A DNA stretch of 64,000 nt from Mytilus californianus (lineage: Eukaryota). Location of the stretch: NCBI RefSeq assembly GCF_021869535.1, contig NW_026262734.1, positions 91,326,001 through 91,390,000 of the forward strand, written 5' to 3'. Every line of letters starts with the position of its first letter. The first letter of the stretch is position 1. Below are positions 13,110-25,580 of the stretch, piece after piece. Under the pieces are notes generated by a model. The model was not told where the DNA came from, made no database searches, and worked only from the letters and a program-made list of their open reading frames with translations. Made by a program: the position numbers and the translations under genes.

Positions 13110-15075
13110 TACTATTGTATGACTAACATGTAACACTATATATACAGGAGAAACCTAAGTTTCCATAACTTACAAGTAAATGCACACAATTTTATTAGGA
13201 TATGTAAAAAAGAAATAGACGTTACTAAGGGGGCAATGGATATCATGTTTGATGAAAACAGATATAACTGGGGTATCAGAAAAACGAATAATGGACATCC
13301 AACAACTACAAAACAAATCATTAAAAAGAAAAGACTGAGACACACAAACCAACCAAAACAAAAAAAAAAAAAACGAAAGGGGATGTCTATTGATCTCAGG
13401 TGTTACGGAGGGGTAAGCATAATGGATAGATAGATAGACAGATAATTTATTCTCTAAAAACTAAATACAAGTTTACAGAGAAAGTACAATTACAATATAA
13501 ATGATGACATACATGTATAATAAACGGTTAAACTAGATATGAAGAAATCAGTCTGTTGCTTTACGTTTATATGGAGGGACTAAGTAACCTTTGTATTAAT
13601 ACACTCAATGAATGAAAACAGTTTTCTTAAAACTGATTGTTTTTTAGTAATAAGCAGTGAGGAGATGAACGGCGCTAGTATTACTTCAGTAAAATGACCA
13701 ATTGAAAGGCTGACCCTAGCATTTTGAAACTATTTGGTTCAATAGACAATAGATTCAACATTATTCTATTACGAATAAACTGTTTGTGTATTTTACTTAC
13801 CATCAAATTCAGTTTTTGTTCTTGTCTTGTCATCATTAATAGCTGAAAGATCGTCTGCCTCTTCTATTTCATCTTCAGTATTCATCTCGCTAGTCTGTTT
13901 TAAAAATTAAAAAAAAAATAAACTAGTGTATAAATGTATGGGTAACAAGACAAATATTCATAATACCATATATTTGTTTTGATCTATTTTCACACATTGT
14001 GTGGCATTAATTACCATTAATCAGTTTCCTCAGAATTACGAGCAATATTTCATGTTGAAATTCATTATAACTAGTGCCTTAAAATCAATATATAAGTGCT
14101 TATGATATTTGAACCATTTATAAATAGAGATCTAGAGCCAATATTTAAACAACTTTTAAAGAAACAAATACGCTTCATGAATGGTTTTAGCCTTGTAAGA
14201 AGGTTGGATGATATTATTATCAATACTTTAATTTTTTAAACCCTTTTAAGAAAAAGCATGGACAATTTTGCTATATGATTGGTGTCATTAAATGTTGTTA
14301 TCATGTTTTAGCCATGTTTCTAAAAAAAAGACACTATTTCTTACCGGATTGGCTGTATTAACATAGAACACAATCAGTGTCGAACATATTTTTAACTTAA
14401 TGTGTAAAAAATGGCAAACCCTGTTATGGTGAGTTCCGTGTTGATGTATCATAAGTTTTGAGTAAACTGTTGTATGGACTGTCGTTTTAAGTTTTCTTCC
14501 ATTTTTATTTTTTCTATCATACTGGTACATTCCAACAACAAAAAGATACTCAGTACAGATCTCAGAGTACTCGCTTTTATTGACAGCTAGTTCATGTCTA
14601 GTTCATGGCTATTATTATGTCTGTTTGTTTTGCTCGCACCTTGTTGTCAATAATATGGAGTTATATGCCACTTTCATACAATTGAGAAGTTTGTATGATA
14701 TAAAACCAGGTTTATTCCACCATGGTTTCTATTATTGTATGACTTACATGTAACACTATATACTCGAGAAAGTTAAGTTTCATTCGAGAAATTTTGATTC
14801 AGGAATTAGAAAAATTAAACAATGATGCACTAGAGCAAAATATTAACCCAGTTCAAATTATATTCATGCATTTTTTCCGTAACGTACAAGTAAATGCACA
14901 TAATTTTATTAGGATATGTAAAAAAGAAATAGGCGTTACTAAGGGGGAAATGAATAATATGTTTGATAAAAACAGACATTACTGGGGTATAAGACAAACT
15001 AAGCATGGACAAACAACAACTATAAAACAACTTATTAAAAAGAAAAGACTAAGACACAAAAACCAACCAAAAAAA
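13110..15075 (+). repeat. Dispersed local duplication (13110-13365 vs 14725-15075); the first copy has a ~95-bp internal deletion
   Basis: Both copies share ctattattgtatgact.acatgtaacactata and caagtaaatgcaca.aattttattaggatatgtaaaaaagaaatag..aaaaagaaaagact.agacaca. Confidence 0.9.
13801..13894 (-). other. Orphan internal exon candidate encoding an acidic linker (TSEMNTEDEIEEADDLSAINDDKTRTKTEFD)
   Basis: Read on the minus strand: pyrimidine tract + AG (tttttaaaacag), a 94-nt open frame, then the strong donor G|GTAAGT. The parent gene was not identified. Confidence 0.55.
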
Positions 15076-18000
15076 CAAAAGCAAAACAATGTTTTAGTCG
15101 AACCACTAGTGCAATTATTAGTGTATTTCATTACAATTATCAGAACTGGCCATTTCTTACTATTGTAATTCAATGCAGCACAGTAAAAGTGTGCAATACG
15201 ACTTTTTGAAACTGTCGTTTTTTTTCTTTTCCTTAACATTTCCCTTTAACATTTCTTGACACATGGAAAAACAATGGAAACGTCATGAGTACACAACAAA
15301 ACCATGTTTAAGACAAGTGACTTTCGCTTAATAATATGCATGTTTGTTTTGCAGACAGATAAAGAATGCCGTAAAGTGATTCAGCATTTTAGCAGATTAT
15401 TTCCTTTCCTTCTATGAATTCTGTTTTAAGCTCATTTTCTTAAAGACTCATAATTGTAAACATGCAACCAAATTCATTATTCTCAGTTTATTTGTACTAA
15501 ATCCGACCTTAATTATGTTCTAATACGATCTTGATTTTAGGATTTATCATGTTAATTATGTTAATAATCGTTTTTCTCAAATTTAAATGAATGAAATACT
15601 TTCATATATTTTACTGCATCAAACAGGAAGTTAAATGTTAGAGTCTACTAGCTAACTGGATCATCATAAATCATTATACCCTGACAAAACAGTGTTTTTG
15701 TCGGCGGTAATTGTTTATCCACAGGATAGAGTCGACAACAGTAGAAATAACGTGCATATTGTAGTCTTTAATAACTGTCTTAAAAAGATTATATCTCTTT
15801 GCAAGCAAAAAACGAATTAATACAAAGTTTGAATCGTATTGTTCGCGTTCAAAGGTGGCTCGGCTGAGAGCACCCTTATCCGATGTCAACAAGCGATGCA
15901 AATTTTGTTTAGAACGTAAACCTTTACACTTCCTTCGAAAAAGGAAATACGGTCAGTAATGCGTGTCAAAATATACACAGTAGTTTGTTCATTTTTCACA
16001 TAAACCCTTCAATCGATGAAAATATAGCGTGTTTTGTACATTCAAAAGAATATATATTGAAACAGTGACTGCCAATGAAGCAACGTTTTATCGTAAACAA
16101 AGGACAGCAATGTAAACAACTGCATGTTATCGCACAGTCTTCAACCACGAAAAAACCCATGTCGTATAGTAAGCTTTAAAATGCATTGAGGGGTTTATAT
16201 TCACGCTTTCAGTTTTGCGTGCTATGACATTTTCTACTGTTATAAATCTGTTTTGACCTGAAATCTCTACATTTTCAAGGATTGGCGAGGAGTTCATTCA
16301 AGTATATAAATAATTTTTTCACTACAAAAGTTTTGTTACGTTAAAAATTTCTTTTAACAATACAATTTTGAAATTAAAAATAATATGTACATGATGTTAT
16401 TGTCAAGCTAGCTAATTTAATTACTTTTATTTACCAGACTACCACTTTGACGAACGTAGGTCTGATCTGACAATTGTACCAGAAAAAAATAAATACAGTC
16501 ATATCCAACATTTTTTGTTTTACAAATTTACATTTTTGTATGGGTAGGAAAAGGCACTTAAAAACAACCACTGTCTTCTTACCTGGAATGTTTTTTTTTC
16601 AATGTATTTGTTAGTATATCAGCGTGAATATCGATCAGTTTCTGTAATATTACAATGTGATGATTTCCGGAACTCCAGTTACACATTTCAAACATTTGAT
16701 TAAGATTATCTCTTTTGAACAGAAAAAAAACTTACATTTGGTTTCACATTTGGTCATAGATGAAAATTGGTTATCAGTAAACTGGATTTTTCATTTAGGT
16801 AATATATATAGCCAATTTGAAAATGTAAAGATTTCAAGGTAAAACAGATTGATGACAGTAGAAAATGTAATATTATGCAAAACTGATAGCGTTAAGTTAG
16901 TAAGTGCCCAGTACACCCGCTTAAATACAGTCGGTGGTCAACATGGTCAAGGCCAATTTTAACTTCTGTCTTACTTTCTTGACATGTGTTATTTAAAAAG
17001 GGGAGCATCTGAGAATTTTTTTCTGATTTGTTAATATCTTAAACGCATAATTCAAACAATGGACAAATGCTGCAATAATGAATGTTGAGTATGTCATTGC
17101 GGCAAAAATTTGAATTGCAATTTTTAGAATGATGTGTGAAGGATGGTTTGCCCTACCTGCTGAAAAGAAACGTATAATCGCACATAAAGTTCCAACACCC
17201 AATCTGATGATAATAAGTAGATTACATTTTTCAAGACTGAAACCGTAAGGTTACAATGGATATACAAATATGGCGTCCCTAGTCCATCAGATAAACCCTT
17301 GTTTAGACAGGGTGTCCATACAGCTGGATGTATAAATACATGTATACAGCCTCGTCAGGTAAAAATGGGAAATTCTGTCAATATTCAATACAAATTGGTC
17401 CTATTTTAACCAATGCCAGGCCATATTTTTCGCCCTTTCCACCTAGCTAAAACTACTTATGGTACTTATCATTAATATGTTCTCATCCTCAATACTTTTG
17501 AAATAGGTGCCATTGGACATTCAGCGAGAAACACTCAATCAATCTTAAATTCTGTGATACATATACAAAAGAACTGTCATGCATCTCTCTGGCCATTGTA
17601 AAGAAAGATTACTTTGATACAGTTTGCGGAAGCAAATCTACTGCACAACACTTAACAAGAGAATAAAGTATTCTTGAAAAATGAATGCTTACAAGCAAAC
17701 TGTGGGAACTATCATGACTTATCATAATACAAAGCAAAAGAGTATCAGCACATTTTAAATTTTGTTCAAGCTGTTACTACAGATTCCTAGATACACGTAT
17801 GGTAATTACAGTCTTCAACACATTTTTATGCCAAAAGCAATGTTGGTTGTTGTCTTGTTTATGGATACTCCACATTTCTTCTGCAATCTTTAAAGGGTTT
17901 TTAGGGTAAATAAATTTGCAATTCAAGTAATGTTGAAGTCCATTGATGATGACATTGAAGGTTTTTTCCATTTCTATTCTTAGAAATATTTGCTAGTTTT

Positions 18001-18105
18001 ATTTTATGTTGATAAGGCCATAATTAGGGTTATGATTAGTTTTTGAAAGTATCATTTCTTCAACTTCGTACTTTATTTGGCCTTTTTAACATTTTTTTAT
18101 TCGAG

Positions 18106-18147
18106 CGTCATTGATGAGTCTTTTGTAGACGAAACGCGCGTCTGGCG
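18106..18147 (+). ncRNA. Minimal type-I hammerhead ribozyme (Penelope-associated type), with a C3U core variant
   Basis: cgtca-TTGATGA-gtct tttgt agac-GAAA-c gcgc g-TC-tggcg. Stem I is cgtca/tggcg, stem II is gtct/agac, and stem III is palindromic with a GUC cleavage triplet. The core reads UUGAUGA instead of CUGAUGA. It lies in a dispersed repeat at ~18058-18190. Confidence 0.8.
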
Positions 18148-18826
18148 CAAATATAAAATTTCAATCCTTGTATCTATGATGAGTTTATTTCCTTTAAGCT
18201 TTGTAGCAATCCTTATTAATTGGAATGCATAATATCTAATTTTACAAACAATATTTTCCTGATTCGAGTAATCTGGATAATGGTTATTGGTGATGAGGTA
18301 TAGTCAGTTAGGGAGGCACAATTTTACAGGTATTCCCTTTAATCATCAGTCCTACTTGTCTCACTTTTTACGACAACATGTAATGTGTCTGATTTTTTTG
18401 TTTGACTGCTGTCCCATTTCACTATATTCCATATCTCCTTTTATCCAGAAATGATGTTTGAAATAGCTATTGATAAGGAAGGACAACAAATGCCAAGTGA
18501 TGAAAAATAATTCAAGTGGCCATTTGAGTAAGGTGGTGGGTGAGGTCAAAGATGAGGGATAGGCAAGTGCATTTTTCACATCTACCATTAGATGTTCTGA
18601 TTTCCAAAATATACAAATCCCATTAGCTAAATACTATATGAAAAATGCAATTAAATTGTATTGCAGGTAGCATGTGATGTATTAAAAATGTATTATGTTT
18701 GCAGCAAAATTCACTACAGACAGCAAAAAATAGTTCATTAAATAATTTGATTTATTCTTTGAAATCTTTTTGATTTATATTTCTTCAAAATATCTTCAAA
18801 ATACTTATGAAATCAAATATATCAAC

Positions 18827-18945
18827 CATTGATTTACATTGCATACTCCATATCAATTATGGAGTATGCAATGTAAATCAATGCATACTCCATATCAATT
18901 ATGGAGTATGCATTGATTTACATTGCATACTCCATAATTGATATG
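18827..18945. repeat. Overlapping perfect inverted repeats (26-bp arms 18827-18852/18858-18883; 46-bp arms 18849-18894/18900-18945; both with a tcaat loop)
   Basis: Checked base by base. Confidence 0.95.
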
Positions 18946-19124
18946 TATACATGTACAATCATTAACTCATCAGCTCTATATTTTCACTATTTTAGTTTGC
19001 TTTATATCAATAGATACATCCATCTATTTTTTAATTCTTCTTTAGTATTCCTTGAATGACTTTATATTCTTTATTCAAATATGGTACATGTGTGTAAAGT
19101 AGGTCCTGTCGAACTTTGGTTCTT

Positions 19125-19352
19125 ATATGGATTTTGACAGCACGTTGCATATAGTTCCCAAATATAGTTGATCTTGGGTTGAAATGTAAACTCTGACGGT
19201 ACATAGCATATGGTCATCAAGTATATTTGATCTTGGGTTCTCATGTGGATTCTGAAACCACTTTACATATAGTTTTCAAGTAGTGAAGATATTGGCTTCT
19301 CATGTAGATTCTGACAGTCCTTTGCAAATAGTACGTAAGTAAAGTTGATCAT
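19125..19352. repeat. 59-bp minisatellite, about 4 degenerate copies
   Basis: The tgac/tgaa anchor falls at 19135, 19194, 19253 and 19312 (period 59). The motif gatcttgggttctcatgtggattctga is shared. Confidence 0.85.
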
Positions 19353-21407
19353 GCCAGAACCTTTTACAACAAATCACTTCTTCCACTCATATATGCACCA
19401 CTATTCAATATTAGAAGTCTAAAGTTAAGTTTCACACTAATTCTGCAATAAATCATTCTTACTGTGAACAGGACAAAACCAGTCAATCAAATAGGCTATT
19501 ACACACTGTTTAAGATATGGGATACAAAAAACAACTAAATTAACTGGGCAAAAAATGTTTTGGTCATTTGACTGTCAAAATTTCCTCCTATCTGTTGTAG
19601 TTTTCAAGACAATTACCAAAAACTGTGAAATTTGCAAAACATTGTTTATTATTTCAGGGGCAATAACTCCAAAATTGAATTTCCGATTTTTTTAAAATTA
19701 TGCAGGAGATAGACATTGACCTTTTTTTACTCTGTCACATGCTCCAACTGGTTTAGATTTGAGATATTAGCCACACACTTCATGTAACCCAAATGTTTTA
19801 CTTTAAGCCATGACGGTCATGTTTTCTTATGGACAAGAATAAAAAAAAACACAAACTAAATACTTAAAACCCAAAGGATCATTCAGCCCAAGATTGGTCG
19901 AAATTGTTTCAGTGGTTTAAGAGGAAAACATCTTTGAAAAAGTTTACACAGGACGACGGACGCAAAGGGATGGCAGAATTTCACATGACCTTACACATGT
20001 TACCGGCAATGTCATCTAAAAACATATGGCCTTTTACTATAGGGGTAATTATAATTTACAAATTGAGCCAGTTATTTTGTTGTCAAAAACTTAAACAATC
20101 TTACACTTTGGCACTGATGTTTTGTCACCACGGCACCAGGTTGCATGTTGCAGGTTAAGAGTCAAATAAGCACAGAAAGATACTCAGCCATAAAAAATGA
20201 ACCACGTAAAACTAAAAATAGAAATTTAGAACATGTTCCTCTAACGGCATTCAAATGTAAACTCATGTAATCCTTCAGCCGCAGATATTTTCTACATAAG
20301 CGTGTATTTTATTACAATCCCCTACCTCTTTTCCTTTGTCACTTTGTATTTTTGTTTAATACTGATAATGTTTGGCTGCTATATTTGAGATATTGAAATA
20401 TTTGATTTAATCTGCAATTAATCTACCTTCAGTGTCGTCTATTTCGCATCTCCGTCTGTTATTCAGGTACATGTTTGTATTCACATGACGTTAGTGCTTC
20501 ACATTAATGACGACCATGTAATTTATGTTGTCTGATTTGAGCGCCAAATTATTGGAAAACAACTCGCGTCTGACAAAATTACTTTATGTCATCAATATAA
20601 TCAAAATTCCGCTTTGTCAGTATAAACAATTACTAACACATTATCGTTCATTGATTTAACTGTAACATTATTTTATTAAAGCGATGAATACAAAATTCAC
20701 AACAAAATAATTAAAGTAGTTAATTAAAATCAGACATTATTGAGTAGAGGGGTAATTCAAACGTCCATGACTTTTTTAAAAGCCTAGTGACCCCCATTTT
20801 GATTTTTTACCTTAAAATGCTCGACGAAATCATACCTTTGACATATCAGTTTAAAAAAAAGTGAGAAATTTCGAAAATTCGATTTTACCAATATTTTTAG
20901 CTCTTAAACTGAAATCAGAAAATGGCTAAATTTGGACATAAATCGAAATATTAACACAATTTGATGTGTAAAACCGCCTGGGACAATGTTTTAATTTTGA
21001 AATTTTAGTGATTTTTTCTTAAAATAATCCTCCTGATATAGTTCTACAAATATTTGAATCTGATGTAGCCTTTAGTTCTGAAAAGATGTTTGAAAATATG
21101 GTCAAAATCGCACATTTGGCTTGCTGCTGAGGTAAAAACGAGTTTGGTAATCTCCTTTTTTTTCTTTCCCGTAAATGTAGTTCCATGTCGTTTATGAGAT
21201 CTTTATGATGTTCGATTTAGTAACATTTATATAGTGACGAATCAGTCCTGAAGTAGATCAATTTTTTTTTATTATTTCTCCCTTTTATTTACATATCAAA
21301 CTATTCATACTGTTTCTACAATATATCAAAACGTAATACAAAGTGTTACTAATGAGACCAAGCCTTATGAAATGAAATGATAATCTCAGAAGAAAGAAAA
21401 CAAATAC

Positions 21408-21997
21408 CTATAATCTCTGGTATTTTTAAACTAACGGCAACTTCAGCATTCTGTTTTGGGTCAATTGCCGCTTCTGAAAATATTCCAGACATAAGAGTTT
21501 AGACTTCGTCTTGCAATAAATCAACTTTTCTAAGTACTGTCCTTGCGATCTCTGAATAAATGTTAAGGTCATCAGGTGAAACTGCCAAAATTCTTAAAGT
21601 CATATCAGATGTTCCGTTCAGCCTCATTGTGTCGAGATATTCCCAAACTTTCATTCTGTTCCATGAAGCCGGTAAGTCAAGTTGTAGGAACACAGACACT
21701 CTCTGAAAGTCTGGAATATCAGAGTAAAACTGTAGTTTATCACGATTTATACAATTCTTCATTTGATTTATGTTGATGAATACATTATTATAAGATGTCT
21801 GGAATACACATTCGCAACATTTAAGTTTTTCATGCACGTGAAATAATTTGTGCTTTTCCTTTTTTGATTTTAGAAATGACTCAAAACTGGAAAAACAAGT
21901 ATGTTTGTTCTTATAAATGTACAGATAACATGGCATGCAATATCAACTAGCAATGCCACTAGCTTGAAGTAGTTTGTTTTTTCCGTTGGTGCCATAT
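21408..21997 (-). pseudogene. Disabled first coding exon of a bivalve-expanded uncharacterised family (N-terminal SFExFL..KHxLFH..CCEC motif)
   Basis: Acceptor ttctttatag|at ATG (21995) opens MAPTEKTNYFKLVALLVDIACHVICTFIRTNIL. A frameshift near 21900 leads into SSFESFLKSKKEKHKLFHVHEKLKCCEC... After a TAA at 21499-21501 the frame continues TLMSGIFSEAAIDPKQNAEVAVSLKIPEII to the donor G|GTATTT. The family label comes from recalled motif similarity to DZIP3-HEPN-associated mussel proteins and is unverified. Confidence 0.6.
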
Positions 21998-23369
21998 CTA
22001 TAAAGAAATTTAAATCATATCATAATATTTTGTTCAAACATAGATTAAGGAATCATTAATTAATTTAATCTTTACTCTTACTTAATTTTGTCGAAAACCT
22101 TACTTAATATTACACATATGTACTTTCACGGTACTACAATCTGTCAATACCTATCTTTGGATAAGCTGTCGGTGACTGCGAGTACTATCCGATCTGTACT
22201 TAGTGTCTTTTTTGTTATCAGGGATTAATGATAGATATATACCCTGCCACGTCCTGTCTGTTTTTTTTTATGTTTTTCTTTGTATCGATCTGATGAGTTA
22301 AGCCTTTATCAACTGATTTTTATAGCTTGTTCTTATTTTGTGCTGTTCACCACTGTCCTTGGTTAGGGGAGGGTTGTGCGCTAACAAATATGTTGAACCC
22401 CGCCACATTTTGTATGTGCATGTCCAAAGTCAGGAGCCTGTAGTTCAGTGGTTGTCTTTAGCTCATGTCTGTCATAATTGTTTTTCGTAAATTGTTTTGT
22501 TATAAATTAGGCTGTTAGTTTTCTCGATTGAATTGTTTCATATCTTTCATGTAGGGGCTTTTTATGACCGACTATACGGTATGGGTTTTTCTCATTATTG
22601 AAGGTTGTCCAGTTGCCTACAATTGCTAACATCCACTTCATTCGATTTTTGGTAGATAGTTGTCTCATTGGCAATGATATCACATCTCCTTATTTCTATA
22701 GTTAATCATTCATGTTATAGGCAACTTGGATCATTTCTCTGCTATCTTGAATTAAGAAATTATAAACAATTAACAAGATGGACATCAAACTATTTTTCGA
22801 TGATTATTGATGTCAATCTAAATTGTGTGTAATCAATTATATAGACTAATTATGTAATAACATTAACCAAACTGGAAACTAAATTGACAGCATTTAAAAG
22901 AAAATACTGAGCCCATATATTTATTAAAGTTATGTACACTAGCATGTTAACATTACCACGTGCATTTGTTTATAATTAATACACGTGTTGAATGTAAATA
23001 ATATGTTGTGCGTTTGTCATTGGTTGAGTTAGAACTGACGAATTATTTTTAAATATTTAAATATTTAAATATGGTTAATTCAAGTATTTTGTGCTATACT
23101 TTTGGCGGTTGTGTAAATTTAAGATATTGTCATTCGAGGTTCGTTTCTGATGCAGTAAATTTTTTTCCCGACAAAATGTATTTTTTAGTATAATTTTTAA
23201 TCATATGAAAAATAATGTGTATGAGAATTGAATCTTTGATTTGATTCATAATTTGTTTTTGCGTACATATTGAAAATTGTTTCTATTCTTGTAGATTAAT
23301 CTTTGTGTTTGTTACCTACAGCAGCCTAGGCAGAAATTGTGCTATGGTCAAAATTTGAATTGTCTTTCA

Positions 23370-23760
23370 TTTTTGCTTATGTACTTTGTCTATATGCCAT
23401 TTTGTGTTTCTTTGTTGATACAGTTATTTGTTTTTATAGTGGTTAAGATTATGATATTACAATGTTGACTGCTGTTCCTCAATTTTAAATTTTTGCCTAT
23501 TATTTCGGTTTGTTTTTTTATCACACATTGTTGTCAATATAATGGAATTCAATGCGACTGTCATAAAAGTGAGAGGTGTAGCTAGCTATAAAACCAGGTT
23601 AAATCCACCATTTTCTACATAAGGAAATGCCTGTACCAAGTCTGAATATGACAGTTGTTTTCCATTCGTTTGATTTGTTTGAGTTTATGATTTTGCCATT
23701 TGATAAGGAACTTTTCGTTTTGAACTTTACTTGGAATTCGGTAGTTTTGTTATTCCACTC
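23370..23760 (+). mobile_element. Isolated 3' tail of the Naiad family seen at 50392-54632
   Basis: Degenerate reverse complement of the pseudo-LTR (gctataaaaccagg..ccaccattttctacataag..atgacagttgtt..ccattcgtttga..tttgccatttga). Related pieces lie at ~14570-14720 and ~37900-38040. Confidence 0.75.
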
Positions 23761-23830
23761 TTTGCATTCCGTATTTATTTAAACAAAATAGTCCAAATGG
23801 AATTTTATTGAAAGTACTTATTCACATTCA

Positions 23831-24580
23831 AAAGCTGAATTTTTAGTTCAGTCTAGGTGGTCGAGTGCAGGCGGTGTTGTCTCGATACCTCAATAGCATG
23901 AGTTCGAATCCATGCGATGGAAAAACAAAAATTTGCTTCCGCAAATTTGCAGATTTAATAATTAAAGGCAACAGTAGTATACCGCTGTTCGAAACTCATA
24001 AATCGATAGAGATAAAAACAAATCCGGGTTACAAACTAAAACTGAGGGAAACGCATCAAATATAAGAGGAGAACAACGACACAACAAAAACACAACATTA
24101 AAATGTAACACACACAGAAACGAACTATAATATAACATTGTTGTGCTGATATTTAGAGTAATTATGAATATAATATGTGTTTAAGCCGTGTATTACCTTT
24201 ACTGGTGATCCAATGGATGAATCTGTCGTAGAGTTGTCACTTGTTTAGACGTACTTATAATAATTATTGCTTTGAATGCATCATACGATTTTTTACGTTA
24301 GATAATTTAGCTAATCTGCAATCAATTCCATCATCATGCCTGTGTTACAACTCTAGATTCAACTGACGAGTAAAGGTAAAACTAGGCTACCGAAAGCTGA
24401 ATTTTTAGTTCAGTCTAGGTGGACGAGTGGTCTAGAGCGCTGGACACAGTGCAGGCGGTGTTGTCTCGATGTCTCAATAGCATGAGTCCCGAATCCCGAA
24501 TCCCGGCGAGAGAAGAACAAAAATTTGCTTCCGCAGATTTAACATTGTTGTGCTGATATTTAGAATAATTATGTATATAT
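23831..24580 (+). mobile_element. Two tandem copies of a tRNA-derived (Pol III A/B box) repeat
   Basis: aaagctgaatttttagttcagtctaggtgg occurs at 23831 and 24393. A-box-like tggtcgagtgg and B-box-like gttcgaatcc are present. Copy 1 carries a ~175-bp insertion (~23960-24136). Confidence 0.75.
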
Positions 24581-24589
24581 ATATAAACA

Positions 24590-25139
24590 AGTCTTAATTG
24601 AAAATAACGTTCAAACCTATGATTGCGTTGAATAAAAACCGCAATTTTTATACGTGTGCATGTAAAACAAATTTCTTTGAAGAGGGGTCTAAATACAGCA
24701 CAAACAACATTTTCCAAAAGACCAAAAAGTGAAAAAGTATATTTTAACAAAACGCATTTGACTAACAGGTCGAACAACTGATGTTCTTAAACCCTGCTAA
24801 CTGCCATTGGCGATTGCCAAATAAATTAATCACAAGTTTTAACGAAATGGATCTTAATATTAATTTAATACCAAACAGAAAATAATATTACATCTATACA
24901 CGCTCAAAACACATGTCTTATGTTTATTTCTATATTCGCCTTACGTGACAAGGGAATACTGGGACTATTGAAGTTATATTTTAATATAGCGGATTTGGTC
25001 GAGTGGTCTAGAGCACTGGACATGAGGCTGAGCGATTGGTGCTGTAGTGTATCAAAGGTGAGAGTTCGAATCCCGTTGAGGGACAAAAAATTGTCCGCAT
25101 AAAAATTTAACTCTTACACTGTTGGGTTCAATTTTCAGA

Positions 25140-25142
<3 letters not shown>
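24590..25142 (+). mobile_element. Non-autonomous element inserted in (TA)n, with a tRNA-like module near its right end
   Basis: Flanked by TA runs on both sides, including (TA)n at 25143-25180. Imperfect end IR agtcttaattgaa / ttcaattttcagact. A box tggtcgagtgg at ~24995 and B box gttcgaatc at ~25064. Confidence 0.65.
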
Positions 25143-25174
<32 letters not shown>

Positions 25175-25479
25175 TATATAAAAGTCTATAAAAAGGACCA
25201 ACCATCAAATTGAATATGTACTGTATCGTCTAGAAAAGACGATACCGCGCAGATAAGGACAAAATGATATAAGTGTAAAGATTTGCCCAACGTTCCTAAT
25301 ATAAGATGGTAATATACGAAGATGATGATAGAAAATCGTGTTGACAAATATTTCGGCTAAACAAATAGCCTTCGTCAGTGTCAATAATTTTAACAATACT
25401 AATTGTTTCTGTAAATTAGCTCAATAATGAAATTTTAGACTTGTACAAGCTTTGTTTGGTTTTAATTGTATATAGATAT

Positions 25480-25580
25480 AGGAAGATGTGGTATGAGTGC
25501 CAATGAGACAACTCTCCATCCAAGTTACAATTTATATCAGTAAACCATTAAAGGTCAAGATACGGCCTTCAACACGGAGA
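25480..25580 (+). repeat. Abundant dispersed short repeat (aagatgtggtatga.tgccaatgagacaactctcca family)
   Basis: Other copies lie at ~22540-22700, 26390-26490, 27130-27270, 30780-30890 and 36255-36372 (reverse) and 31680-31980 (forward). Confidence 0.88.

Noticed and set aside
17500-17980. Possible decayed coding exon or transposase
   Set aside because: Multiple stops and no identifiable motif, so no call can be supported.
19125-19352. Zinc-finger-like RIHMRT reading on the minus strand
   Set aside because: The period is 59 bp, not a multiple of 3, there is no Cys pair, and the frames contain stops.
22285-22320. ctgatgagttaagcc as a hammerhead core
   Set aside because: There is no GAAA after a stem II. 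It is part of another dispersed repeat.
24987-25085. Possible tRNA gene
   Set aside because: A and B boxes are present, but there is no pairing acceptor stem or canonical cloverleaf, and diverged relatives occur inside repeats. Treated as a tRNA-derived repeat.
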